From NCBI GenBank assembly GCA_963833575.1, contig CAWHXY010000004.1, positions 448,001-512,000 of the forward strand: a stretch of DNA of 64,000 bases. Direction: 5' to 3'. This DNA comes from Candidatus Bathyarchaeota archaeon. Lineage in GTDB: Archaea > Thermoproteota > Bathyarchaeia > Bathyarchaeales > Bathycorpusculaceae. The notes beneath the pieces are model-generated. The model was not told the origin of the DNA and made no database searches. It worked only from the letters and a program-made list of their open reading frames with translations. A program made the position numbers and the translations under genes. Shown here one piece after another: positions 28,325-38,341 of this stretch; position 1 is the stretch's first letter; the number at the start of each line of letters is the position of its first letter.

Positions 28325-29544
28325 GCTTTCCAATGCTCTAGCGCGGCTTTAAGTTCTTCGTGTGTTTTAGCGTAGTCTTCAAGCGTCGATCCTTTCAGAG
28401 TTGCATCTACAGATTGCCGCATGGCTTTGGCTCCGGCTACTGTTCCATCTGGATGCCCGTGTATTCCGCCACCTGCTTGAAGCACTACATCGTTACCAAA
28501 GGTTTCAAGCAATGAAGGCACTAATCTAGGGTACAATCCTCCTGAGGCAACAGGTAAAACAGGCATTAATTCACCCATTTCAGCTTTGCAAGCACTTATG
28601 TTCTCGAGTACCTCAGCTTTAGTTTCAGACATCTTACCTACAACAGTTCCAACGTGGAGTTGATCCACGCCGATTATTCTTGCGACTGTTGCTATGGGGC
28701 GCATTGCAATACCGTGTTTTTGGTTCTTTGTGAAAGCAGCGTGTCCTGCTCTGTGCGCGTGAATTACTAGTTTGCTGTTTTGGTCTCTTAGGGTTTGTAG
28801 TGCGGACCATCCACAGGTCAGGATATCAACCATGACATATTCGCCGCCCTGATTTACGACCTCGTCGGCGCGTTTCAGCATAAGGTTGGTTTCGGCTGTG
28901 ATGTTTATCATGTAGACTTTGCGTTCGCCCGTTTCATTTTGCGCTTTGTCCCGACTTTCCAAAGTCTGGATGAGTCGATCTTCAAAGAGATTGAATTTTT
29001 GGCTGCTTAAATTTTCGTCGTCTTTAACGACGTCGCAGCCGCCACTCCAAGCGTCATAGGCCACTTTTGCGTGGTCTTTCGTGCTTAATCCGAGTTTAGG
29101 CTTAATTATTGTGCCTACAAGTGGGCGTTTCGGAATTTTTAGGAGTTTGCGTATCCCAGCTATTCCGAAAGCAGGACCTTTGAAACTCTTGAGCAATTCC
29201 TCAGGCATTTTAATGTCAAGGAGCCGCAAGTTTTTGAGGGCTTTTAAGCCAAAAACATTTCCTGCAACACTGCTCAGTATGTTTGGCATATTGGCTGGCT
29301 CAAAGAGTTCAATTGGATAAGCAATTTTAGCTACGTTGCCTTCTATGCTGTAAACGTGGGCTGCCAATTTTTTCACATAAGGCTTCTCAGTGGTGAGTTC
29401 TGTCCATGTACCAACAGAGCTTTCAGCAGCAACTCCGCCTGCAGCCTCTTTAATGCTGATGCCTTCAGGTTCCAAATAAAAAGTACATATTAAATCGGTT
29501 TCTTTTAACTTGTAATTTGAATTAACAAAATCAAGATACTTCAA
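28321..29544 (-). CDS. rbcL: Form III RuBisCO
   Basis: AAESSVGTW, GTIIKPKLG, GGCDVVKDDE, HAHRAGH, GTVVGKM, SGG, QAGGGIHGHP. Confidence 0.95.
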   Translation of the reverse strand: MKYLDFVNSNYKLKETDLICTFYLEPEGISIKEAAGGVAAESSVGTWTELTTEKPYVKKLAAHVYSIEGNVAKIAYPIELFEPANMPNILSSVAGNVFGLKALKNLRLLDIKMPEELLKSFKGPAFGIAGIRKLLKIPKRPLVGTIIKPKLGLSTKDHAKVAYDAWSGGCDVVKDDENLSSQKFNLFEDRLIQTLESRDKAQNETGERKVYMINITAETNLMLKRADEVVNQGGEYVMVDILTCGWSALQTLRDQNSKLVIHAHRAGHAAFTKNQKHGIAMRPIATVARIIGVDQLHVGTVVGKMSETKAEVLENISACKAEMGELMPVLPVASGGLYPRLVPSLLETFGNDVVLQAGGGIHGHPDGTVAGAKAMRQSVDATLKGSTLEDYAKTHEELKAALEHWKA

Positions 29545-29631
29545 GGTTTTCGTCTCAAGCTATTGTGACTAGTTTTTGCTTAAAATCTTTAACTATTTCT
29601 GGCGACATCAAATAGTCATGTTGGTCTCAAA

Positions 29632-31176
29632 ATGGAGTTAAATGTTGAAGTCTTAATGATAACTACAGGCGGCAGCAGAATAGCCGTATTAAGCGATGAA
29701 ACCGCCAACCTGCTGGGTGTGCACAGCTCCGACAGAATTCGCATTGTCTACGGCAAAAAAGAAATGATTGCCATAGCCAATATCGCACCGTATTTTCCAA
29801 AGAAGCGGATCGGACTTTACCAGGAAACGGTCGAGGCGCTGGGAGTGAAAGAGGATGAGACTGTCAATGTTCAGTTGGCGTCACTTCCTGAATCATTGTT
29901 TAATGTTCGTGCCAAGTTGCATGGAGAACGGCTGCGCGAAAAAGACGTTTTTGGCATTGTAAATGATGTGGTTGAGCGACATCTGAGTAATGTTGAGATA
30001 GCCGCATTCTTGACAGCTCTTAGCATACATGGCTTGAGCACTGGCGAAAACGAGGCGTTGTCAAGGGCTATGGTTGCGACAGGAAAAACTATTGATTTCG
30101 GCAAGGGACCCATTCTTGATAAGCATAGCGTGGGCGGAATTCCTGGCGACAAAACCAGTATGCTCGTTGTGCCTATTGCGGCAGCGGCTGGATATACAAT
30201 TCCTAAAACGTCCTCACGTGCTATCACTTCGCCTTCAGGAACTGCAGACAGGGTGGAAACTCTTTGCCCAGTAAATTTAGCCATTAACGAGATTAAGGAT
30301 GTCGTTGCAAAAACCAACGCCTGTCTCGTTTGGGGTGGCGCTTTGGATCTTGCTCCAGCAGATGACCTTTTCATTCAAGTTGAGTACCCCTTAGGCATTG
30401 ACCCTATGCTTTTGCCTTCGATTCTTAGCAAGAAAAAAGCTATGGGAGCAACACATGTTGTTATAGATATTCCCACTGGGATGGGCGCTAAAATCAAGAC
30501 CCGAACTGAAGCATACACTTTGGCGTCTGATTTTGTTGATTTGGGAAAACGGTTAGGCCTAAACATTCAGTGTGCCTTGACTTTCGGAGATCAACCTTTA
30601 GGCTATTGCATTGGTCCTGCCCTTGAAGCTTGTGAAGCACTAACAACTCTTATGGGTGGTGGTCCACCTGACCTGCGAGATAAAGCGGTTAGTCTTGCTG
30701 GCATGCTTTTCGAGATGGTTGGAGATGAAAATGGTCATAGTAAAGCGGAGGAGATGCTTGATTCAGGCAAAGCTGAGAAAAAGATGCGCGATATTATTGC
30801 TGCTCAAGGTGGAGATCCAACTGTTAAACCCGATGATTTACCTGTGGGCGCTGAAAAGGCAGAGGTAAAGTCTGAGCACAGTGGAAAAGTGATTTGGCTA
30901 AGCACTGAAGACATTGTGCGGATAGCTCGTGAAGCTGGAGCACCCAAAGAGAAGGGGGCTGGCCTTGTGTTACATTCAAAACTTGGAGATTCTGTACATA
31001 AGGATCAAGTATTGTTTGAAATTTATGCTGAGAGAAACAGCAAGTTAGCTTCCGCGCTTGAGCTGGCCAATCAATTATCGCCTATCGTTCTGACTAAGAA
31101 ACCTGCTGAAAAAATGATTTTGGACCGGGTACCTGAGAAGTTTGCACATGAGAAAAGTTTTAGCCTCGATAGATAA
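29632..31176 (+). CDS. AMP phosphorylase
   Basis: N-terminal beta-barrel plus DKHSVGGIPG, KTSSRAITSPSGTAD, SILSKK. Confidence 0.93.
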   Translation: MELNVEVLMITTGGSRIAVLSDETANLLGVHSSDRIRIVYGKKEMIAIANIAPYFPKKRIGLYQETVEALGVKEDETVNVQLASLPESLFNVRAKLHGERLREKDVFGIVNDVVERHLSNVEIAAFLTALSIHGLSTGENEALSRAMVATGKTIDFGKGPILDKHSVGGIPGDKTSMLVVPIAAAAGYTIPKTSSRAITSPSGTADRVETLCPVNLAINEIKDVVAKTNACLVWGGALDLAPADDLFIQVEYPLGIDPMLLPSILSKKKAMGATHVVIDIPTGMGAKIKTRTEAYTLASDFVDLGKRLGLNIQCALTFGDQPLGYCIGPALEACEALTTLMGGGPPDLRDKAVSLAGMLFEMVGDENGHSKAEEMLDSGKAEKKMRDIIAAQGGDPTVKPDDLPVGAEKAEVKSEHSGKVIWLSTEDIVRIAREAGAPKEKGAGLVLHSKLGDSVHKDQVLFEIYAERNSKLASALELANQLSPIVLTKKPAEKMILDRVPEKFAHEKSFSLDR

Positions 31177-31569
31177 AACTTATGCGCAGATGGCACGATT
31201 TAGTAACAGAATTTGAGAGCTCTCTAAGTTGTACTGCCAGAAAGTCAGGTTTGGAATATAGATGTTCTGAAACCCAATTCATTTTAAACAGGATTAATAG
31301 GGGTCGACGGGGCGGTAACCTTTCGCGATTTTCTTAATAACGCTACTTTCTTTCGGCGTTTGGTGTTTGTTTTCACTCGAAAAATGATTCCATGAGTGTT
31401 TTGATAGTACTTGTTTCCTTTATTTCTCAAGATAGTCTCAACCTTTTATTTACTATTGTGACATGATTATTTGAGGATGCCTATTGATATTTTTTATTAA
31501 ACATGAAATATAAAAAAACTCCGCCCTTTAATAACAAGTTTATGTTGCCGTCTGCTTTCTAATTCTAGA

Positions 31570-31980
31570 GTGGTTATAAATATGAACGCAAAGCAATTCT
31601 TCAGAATCGAAGTTAGCACAAGTTGGGGACATTTGATTAGGGAAAGGAAGACGCCGACTAAAGACGAAGAGAAAGTAAGAGAAGCAAGAAGGGCTTATCG
31701 CGATGGAATTAAAGAAGCATGGGACATTTACACCCAAGACAACACGATAGTAAAGGAAGCAAAGAAGACTCTTGACTCAGCAATAGACCAAGCATACAAA
31801 TTATACTTGCCTGAACATGGAGAGAAAATGGGACAATCAGAATATGAACAGGCAACCAAACTCTATTTCAAAACTTTATACAAAGTTCACCGCAAGTTTG
31901 CAGACACGATTGGACAAATTTGGGGTGTTTTCATGAAAGACATGGACACTTCTCAAAGACTAACCAAGAAAAATACTTAG
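31570..31980 (+). CDS. Hypothetical helical protein
   Basis: 136-aa ORF with plausible composition. Confidence 0.55.
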   Translation: MVINMNAKQFFRIEVSTSWGHLIRERKTPTKDEEKVREARRAYRDGIKEAWDIYTQDNTIVKEAKKTLDSAIDQAYKLYLPEHGEKMGQSEYEQATKLYFKTLYKVHRKFADTIGQIWGVFMKDMDTSQRLTKKNT

Positions 31981-32212
31981 AAACAGAACCAAAATCCTAT
32001 TCATTCTCCATAGTCTCATAGTGCAAGACCATGCGACTTTCAATGGGTATCCGAAAACATCAATCTAAAATAGATGGTGGGGAACTTCTTTTGGTCGCAA
32101 ATTAGTAATTCAATCCTCATTCCCAGTTTACATAAATAAATGGGAAAAAGCTGATGCTAAAATCGAAAGAATAAATGCTTTAAACAAACAAATAGCCGTA
32201 TCTCTTTTTGGA

Positions 32213-32539
32213 TTATTCGCTATAGTTGCCGAATTCTTGTCTCAAAATGTCTTGAGACGAATTTTTACGTTTAAGCTGTGGCTCTGTCACAGAACCCCAT
32301 AATGAAAAATTGTAATCTTCTTTTTCATCTGGATATTGAGTTTGCAAATTTGTTTCGACTTCACGACCCATAGAATCGCTATAAATATCTGTTTTTTCAA
32401 GTTTATTGGTTTTTTTTGCTTGATTACGTTTTTGGTCTTGTTTAGCAATTTGGCAATCAATTAAATTCTTTTTCTCTTTTTGCTTAATTCGCCAATTCCT
32501 CGCATATTCCGCACTTTTAGCCTTATCTTGAATGGTCAA
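32213..32539 (-). CDS. Hypothetical protein with basic helical N-terminus
   Basis: KSAEYARNWRIKQKEKK; AGGTG SD. Confidence 0.5.
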   Translation of the reverse strand: MTIQDKAKSAEYARNWRIKQKEKKNLIDCQIAKQDQKRNQAKKTNKLEKTDIYSDSMGREVETNLQTQYPDEKEDYNFSLWGSVTEPQLKRKNSSQDILRQEFGNYSE

Positions 32540-32759
32540 TTACACCTGCAAAATTCTTGACAGTATTCTCTGCATAATATTCTACATTTAAACTTTGTTA
32601 TTGCAGGTTTATGGGCGTTCCAGCTCTGGACGATTTGTTCCATGGATAGAACTAAAAGGTTACTCAACAAGAGCACACAAATGCCCCATGTGTGAAAAAC
32701 GGGCGGCGCCTGAAGTTAAAGAGAACTAATTTTTTTGTGAATTACGAGAGTGGTATTCT

Positions 32760-33110
32760 TTAAAGAGCGCGTGATGTGGATGTTTCTATGACCCTGAGGA
32801 TTTCTTTTCTCAAATCTTCCGCAGATTGCTCTCCATTTGCCTTGCTTATTTTTTCTGCTAACGCCGTATCTTTAACTGTACATTCTATCCATTTTTGGAA
32901 GTCTTTGCGTTGAAAATGGAATGCGATTGACTCTTTTGGAATAATTGGTAGCTTCGCGGCGAACTCGCTGAGATTGGTTGCAGTTATTCCAGTATAGTTA
33001 CCAATGGCGGTGTAGAAGTGGAAGCCGTTTTCAAAGGAAACTGTTGCGAGAGGCTTTATGATAGAAGGTTTTGTAATTAGTTTGTTTTTAACCTGAACTT
33101 TTTTTGACAT
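32760..33110 (-). CDS. DUF5752-like protein
   Basis: GFHFYTAIGNYTG..ATNLSEF...SIAFHFQRKDFQKWI. Confidence 0.8.
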   Translation of the reverse strand: MSKKVQVKNKLITKPSIIKPLATVSFENGFHFYTAIGNYTGITATNLSEFAAKLPIIPKESIAFHFQRKDFQKWIECTVKDTALAEKISKANGEQSAEDLRKEILRVIETSTSRAL

Positions 33111-33246
33111 GGTTGAAACACTCGCACCTCTGTGCCGCAATTATTATTAAATCTATTGTATGAATTTGTATATTTATGTAAATTATAAGAAAAACCGATA
33201 ATTTTTTGAATTTCGATTCCAAATTCTTGCTATAATATTGAGAAAT

Positions 33247-33585
33247 ATACATCAAATACAAAGGAATACAAAAAGGGAAATCAAAAAATTAAACGAATAC
33301 TTGAACATACCCTAAATCAAAAACAACGCAAAACAGTCTATTCAGAAATGGCAATTTCATTGTTGTTGTTCCTTCAGAAAAACGATATCAAATCAGAGCT
33401 AACAAGAATTGTGATTGTATCTTTTTGACGTTTGTTGAAGCCCTTTGATGTCCTTTGACGGAAAGTGACGATTGTTGATGAATGGTGACGAATATTGACG
33501 GATCCTGCAGACAGTATAAGCCCTAAAGCAAAAAAGCAATCTGAAACAACATGTTCAAAAATGGCAACACATCTGTTGTTGTTCT
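33247..33585 (+). repeat. Two tandem phased-array + tail modules (ATAC array; TGANG array)
   Basis: TGANG every 10 bp from 33426 to 33496 (8 units); tails 33310-33372 and 33501-33585 share CCCTAAA.CAAAAA...TTCA.AAATGGCAA...TGTTGTTGTTC. Confidence 0.75.
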
Positions 33586-33661
33586 ATCAAACAGTTTATT
33601 TTGCATTTAGAACACAACCTAACGCCTTGATCAATAAAAGAGAAAAAAATACTAACAAGTT

Positions 33662-34027
33662 TTAGTGTGCGATTGCTCCGCCTATCAAACCGCCGACTGC
33701 GGCTACTATGCCCGCAAATATCGCCAGAACGATTGCAACTACGCCTATTGCGAAACCTGCTAAGCCTCCAAACAATGCGCCTGCAATTCCACCAATGAGC
33801 CCTCCGACGATTGCTAGTCCTAAGAAAGCCAGAATCGCTATTAATATGCCGCCGAAAATGCCTGCAAGAAAACCAGCTATTAATCCTCTGCCAATCCCTC
33901 GAGCTATCAGTCCGGCAACCAAGCCGCCGATAAATCCGCCCACCAAGTGACCAATGCCAGGAAAAAGAAAAGCAATAACAACCGTTACCAAAAACCCAAC
34001 AAAAGCACCTAGCCAAATACTTCCCAA
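33662..34027 (-). CDS. Gly-rich small membrane protein (DUF5518-like)
   Basis: GGFIGGLVAG, AGFLAGIFGG repeats; wholly hydrophobic. Confidence 0.8.
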   Translation of the reverse strand: MGSIWLGAFVGFLVTVVIAFLFPGIGHLVGGFIGGLVAGLIARGIGRGLIAGFLAGIFGGILIAILAFLGLAIVGGLIGGIAGALFGGLAGFAIGVVAIVLAIFAGIVAAVGGLIGGAIAH

Positions 34028-34298
34028 ATCTTTTTCACCACCTGTTCAAACAAGTTCAAGCCTGATTGCCTATAAATTTTAGCTATAGAAAGAATCAAGC
34101 GATTAATTTGATAATACTTTGTTGGTGTAGCTACACAATTACAAAAAAATTAAGCAGAAGTCTTCCAAGCTGGTGGAATGCACGCTATGATTAACTGTGC
34201 CATCATTTTTAAGGTCGTCTATGCGCTAATTTTAATAGAGTGATTTTCCAAACGTATGTTGAAAATAAGAAGATGGGGCAGTTTCTAGGGTCTGGACT

Positions 34299-34973
34299 AT
34301 GGTTTGTTCCGCGTGGGTACTACTTAAAAAAACATTCAGCTTAACGTTGATGCTTAATTCATTTATCACTTTAGCTACTATAACTGGAATTTTATATGGT
34401 TTCTACTTTCACGCGTGGAGGTCATATTCTCCATATCTCATCGATGGAAACTTCTTTCTACTTGCCGCTGCAGCAGCACTCATTAACGTTTTTCCAAGCG
34501 CAAGCATAGGTAGATGTTTGCATACTGGTCGATTATGGTTTCATCATTATGTTTACGGTTTTTTCGTTTTAATAGTTGCATCAATTTTCATAGTTGCCTT
34601 TACAACTGTGCCACTAGATAGACTCTTTATAATAAATTCTTCAAACGTGGCAGTCAATGCAGGAAGATTCTTCGTTTTGACTGGCCTAGTTTTATTCTTA
34701 GATGACCTTCCAGACGTTTCAAAAGGGATAGAATCCGCTCTAAACAAGGTCAAATCGAAAGCTTATCAGATAAGAAAAGCACTCCACATAACTCAATTAA
34801 TTTCTGGGATAGCTACATTTTACGTTTTTCTAACAATTGCGCTCTCTTCGGTTGAACATCATGCATTAACTGTTTCCAACTTCCTTACGATGGGCACTCT
34901 GTTGATAACAAGCATTACTGCCGTTGCTTTCGTCAAAAGAAAAGCTTGGCTAAAAATCAAAGTTGCAGAATAG
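34299..34973 (+). CDS. Hypothetical membrane protein
   Basis: Six hydrophobic segments, FHHYVYG and DDLPD motifs. Confidence 0.7.
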   Translation: MVCSAWVLLKKTFSLTLMLNSFITLATITGILYGFYFHAWRSYSPYLIDGNFFLLAAAAALINVFPSASIGRCLHTGRLWFHHYVYGFFVLIVASIFIVAFTTVPLDRLFIINSSNVAVNAGRFFVLTGLVLFLDDLPDVSKGIESALNKVKSKAYQIRKALHITQLISGIATFYVFLTIALSSVEHHALTVSNFLTMGTLLITSITAVAFVKRKAWLKIKVAE

Positions 34974-35272
34974 TTTTTTCATCGTTTTTTGTTTTAGGAT
35001 CACTTTTCCGATCTCTTCTGGTTGCTGGCATGAATATTTGTTATGAATTTCATAAGTTGCAATATGACGGTTAAGTTGAGGAAACCTACCAATTAGAACT
35101 ATAGGTAGTTGCCTGACTTCATCATTCACTTATGATAGTGCTCCAAGCATTTTTTCATATATTTTGAAGCTTGTTTCTTTATAGCAACTTCAACTGGTAA
35201 TTACGAAAGAAAGTCATTTTATGTTAATTAGCAATCTTTTAAATAGCTTGTATTTCCAATTGAAACGGTCAT

Positions 35273-36490
35273 ATGGCTACTAATACGTTTTCCCCTCAAA
35301 GAATAGCTCACAAAAGGCTTTTTCTCCCTGCGTTGGGACTTTCAGTCTTTTCCGTTTGGTTGATAACGGTTACGTTCGAACTGCTTTTGATTAATATCGC
35401 CAGTTCGTTTCACGTGCAAGTGGGGACAGCCGGTCTTGTAGCTGCAGTTGGTTCAATTTCAGGGATAGCTGCGGGATTGTTACTCTCTTTTTTGAGCGTT
35501 CGCTTCAATCACAAACTCTTCTTGCTAATTGGATTGTCATTTACCTGTTTAGCTGCAGTAGGCTTTTTTTTGGCGCCAACCTTCGATTATGTTTTGTTAA
35601 CAAATATTGGTGTAGGTACTGGAATAGCTATGGTTACCGCTATGGCTTACTCATTGATAGGAGAATTTTATCCTATTGAAAAAAGAGGCAAAGCCATTGG
35701 CTGGATGGTAGCAGCTTCAACTTCATCATTTGTAATTGGAGCCCCAATCATCGGAATAATTGCAAACATCGGAACATGGCGTGCAACAATGATTTGGTTC
35801 TCATTACCAATTACCTTAGCAAGCTTAGTTTTAGCATTGCTTGTCATCCCAAAAGATTCAGTTGAGCAACAGATTTGCCAGAAAGAACCCTTTTTCGCCG
35901 GTTGCAAACAAGTTTTTTCAAACAAATCTGCAACTGCCAGTTTATTCGCCAATATGCTTGCTGTTGCTGAAGGATCTATCGCATTTTATGCTGTTTCTTT
36001 TTTTATAAATCAATTTGGTACAAGCATATCCGTGGGGTCCATTATTATTTTGGTCGGTAATGTTCTGTCGGCTGCGGGGGGTGTAGTGGCTGGTTTATTT
36101 GTGAATCGTATTGGTCGAAAATCTTTAGGCTCTTTCACTGGTTTGGCAGCAGCTTTGCTCACGTTAACGTTTACTTTTATGCCTAGCTTTGCGTTGTCAT
36201 GGGGTTTGAATGCTCTTCGGTTTTGGTTTGCTGGAATGGCTTCTACGGCTCTTGGCAGCTTAGTGATCGAGCAAGTTCCAAAATTCAGATCGACAATGAC
36301 CTCTCTTAATGTCACTTTTATAAATTTAGGAATGCTAACGGCATCGATAGCTGGCGGAATAGCTCTCGACATCTATAGCTACCAAACATTAGCTTTAATT
36401 TTAGGAGGCTTAGGTGTCGCAGGCACAGCTATCTGGGTTTTCTTGGTTAAAGACCCGTGCAAAACACAAAAAACAAACTTTGGAAAATAA
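35273..36490 (+). CDS. MFS transporter
   Basis: 12 TM helices, EKRGKAIG and NRIGRK loop motifs. Confidence 0.9.
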   Translation: MATNTFSPQRIAHKRLFLPALGLSVFSVWLITVTFELLLINIASSFHVQVGTAGLVAAVGSISGIAAGLLLSFLSVRFNHKLFLLIGLSFTCLAAVGFFLAPTFDYVLLTNIGVGTGIAMVTAMAYSLIGEFYPIEKRGKAIGWMVAASTSSFVIGAPIIGIIANIGTWRATMIWFSLPITLASLVLALLVIPKDSVEQQICQKEPFFAGCKQVFSNKSATASLFANMLAVAEGSIAFYAVSFFINQFGTSISVGSIIILVGNVLSAAGGVVAGLFVNRIGRKSLGSFTGLAAALLTLTFTFMPSFALSWGLNALRFWFAGMASTALGSLVIEQVPKFRSTMTSLNVTFINLGMLTASIAGGIALDIYSYQTLALILGGLGVAGTAIWVFLVKDPCKTQKTNFGK

Positions 36491-36519
36491 AAATGTGATT
36501 TTCGCTTTAGTTTCGCCAT

Positions 36520-36800
36520 AACTTTTCTAAACTGTGTTAAACCTTTTCTGACTTTCTTTGACTTATTTTAACTTTTCTTGATTTTTTTTGATCAACTCGC
36601 AAACAATTCCAGCTCTAAATCAAAAAAACAATCGGAAACAAGCTTTTCAAATTCAAAATAAACCAAAGTGTCAAAAAATGTCAAATCATGTCAAATCGTG
36701 TCAATTTATGTCAAATAATGTCAAAAAATGTATCAACCTGCAACCAATTCAAACCCTAAAACAAAAAAGCAACCCAAATCACAAAGGAAAAAATCTCGCC
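36520..36800 (+). repeat. Two tandem phased-array + tail modules (RACT array; TGTCAA array)
   Basis: RAC at 36520-36570 every 10 bp; TGTCAA at 36669, 36679, 36689, 36699, 36709, 36719; both followed by an ATCAAC..GCAA.CAATTC...CTAAA.CAAAAAA.CAA tail. Confidence 0.85.
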
Positions 36801-36931
36801 CAAAAACACCAATAAAAAAATACACATAGCATTGAGAAAACACCCAAAAAACAAACTCTTCTTTAAAAAATTCAAGACAAACACAAAAAATGAAAAATTA
36901 AATGACTGCTTCAAAAAAGAGACAGAAGAGC

Positions 36932-38341
36932 TTATTTCTTGTTCATCAGGTACTCGTGCATAGCTTTTGCTGCGCGTTTGCCAGCGCCCATTGCGCTGAT
37001 GACTGTAGCTGCTCCTGTTGCAACGTCCCCGCCTGCGTATACGCCGTCAAGGCTGGTTTTGCCTACTTCGTTAACGCATATTGTTCCGTGTCTTGGGTCG
37101 CTTTGTAGACCGCCTGTGGTTCGCTGTATTATAGGGTTTGGGGTTTGGCCGATGGCAATGATTACTGTGTCAACATCCATGGTGAATTCTGAGCCTGGAA
37201 CCTCTTTTACGCCTCGTCTGCCTTTTGCATCGGGTTCGGTTAGTTCCATTGCGATGCATTTCATGCTTTTAACCCAGCCGCTCTCGTCACCATAAAATTC
37301 GACCGGTGCACCGAGAAACTTGCAGACTAATCCTTCTTCTTCTGCATTCTCAACTTCTTCATGCCTTGCTGGTAATTCTGCACGTGAACGCCTATAGAGT
37401 AAGCATACGTCAGAGCCAAGACGCATACTGCTTCTTGCACAGTCCATAGCAACGTTCCCTCCGCCGATGACTACAACGTGTTTACCTATGCGTATTGGAG
37501 TGTCGTAGTCTGGGAATTGGAAGGCTTTCATGAGGTTGACGCGTATTAAGAATTCATTAGCTGAGTAAATTCCGCCAAGGTTCTCTCCAGGACACCTAGT
37601 AAACTGTGGCAAACCTGCACCACTCCCTATGAATACAGCATCATAACCATTCTTCATAAGTTCAGGAATAGTATGAATTCTGCCAACAAGATTACCTAGA
37701 CGCAAGTCTACGCCAAGCTTCTGGATGTAAGTGATTTCGTTTTGTACAATTGCTTTCGGTAAACGGAACTCTGGAATACCATAAGAAAGCACACCGCCAC
37801 CAACATGTAACGCTTCAAACATGGTTATGTCATGACCGAGTTTTACAAGGTCTGCTGCAACCGTTAATCCTGCAGGACCAGCACCAACCACAGCCACTTT
37901 TTTGCCTGTAGCTGGATCTTTAGGTGGAATTGCATAACCGTTATCCCGTTCCCAATCTGCCAAGAACCGTTCTAAGCGTCCTATGCTGATGGGATCACCC
38001 ATTTTGCCGATAACGCATTTGCTTTGACATTGAACTTCTTGAGGACACACACGTCCGCAAACCGCGGGCAACGCATTCTTGGTTTTGATTGTTGCTATGC
38101 CTTCAGCGTATTTCTTTTCACGAATACATTTGATAAATTGTGAAATAGGAACCTCCACAGGACAACCAGTTCTGCACTGGGGATTTGGACATTGCAAACA
38201 TCGACTTGCTTCTTCTTGTGCTTCTGCTTCGGTGTAACCTAACGCAACTTCACTAAAGTTTTTAGCGCGTACCTTAGGTTCTTGCTTTGCCATTTCAACG
38301 GCTTTCTTATTTAATTTCGGTTTAGGCTTTGCTTCTGCCAC
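36932..38341 (-). CDS. sudA: NfnB/SudA large subunit (GltD-like NADPH-dependent flavoprotein)
   Basis: RCLQC..C..GCP, CGRVCPQE, GAGPAG, GIPEFRLP, GGGNVAMD, GAATVISAMG. Confidence 0.92.
   Translation of the reverse strand: MAEAKPKPKLNKKAVEMAKQEPKVRAKNFSEVALGYTEAEAQEEASRCLQCPNPQCRTGCPVEVPISQFIKCIREKKYAEGIATIKTKNALPAVCGRVCPQEVQCQSKCVIGKMGDPISIGRLERFLADWERDNGYAIPPKDPATGKKVAVVGAGPAGLTVAADLVKLGHDITMFEALHVGGGVLSYGIPEFRLPKAIVQNEITYIQKLGVDLRLGNLVGRIHTIPELMKNGYDAVFIGSGAGLPQFTRCPGENLGGIYSANEFLIRVNLMKAFQFPDYDTPIRIGKHVVVIGGGNVAMDCARSSMRLGSDVCLLYRRSRAELPARHEEVENAEEEGLVCKFLGAPVEFYGDESGWVKSMKCIAMELTEPDAKGRRGVKEVPGSEFTMDVDTVIIAIGQTPNPIIQRTTGGLQSDPRHGTICVNEVGKTSLDGVYAGGDVATGAATVISAMGAGKRAAKAMHEYLMNKK

Noticed and set aside
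31299-31322. GC-rich GGGGTCGACGGGGCGGTAACC, considered as a tRNA-end relic
   Set aside because: No T-loop motif and no match to the tRNAs in this window
36669-36728. Possible CRISPR array
   Set aside because: Period is 10 bp with no 25-45-bp repeats or unique spacers; no cas genes in the window
36588-36815. 75-aa ORF similar to the 68-aa ORF at 55748-55954
   Set aside because: Similarity comes from the DNA repeat; the copies differ by a frame-breaking 10-bp unit
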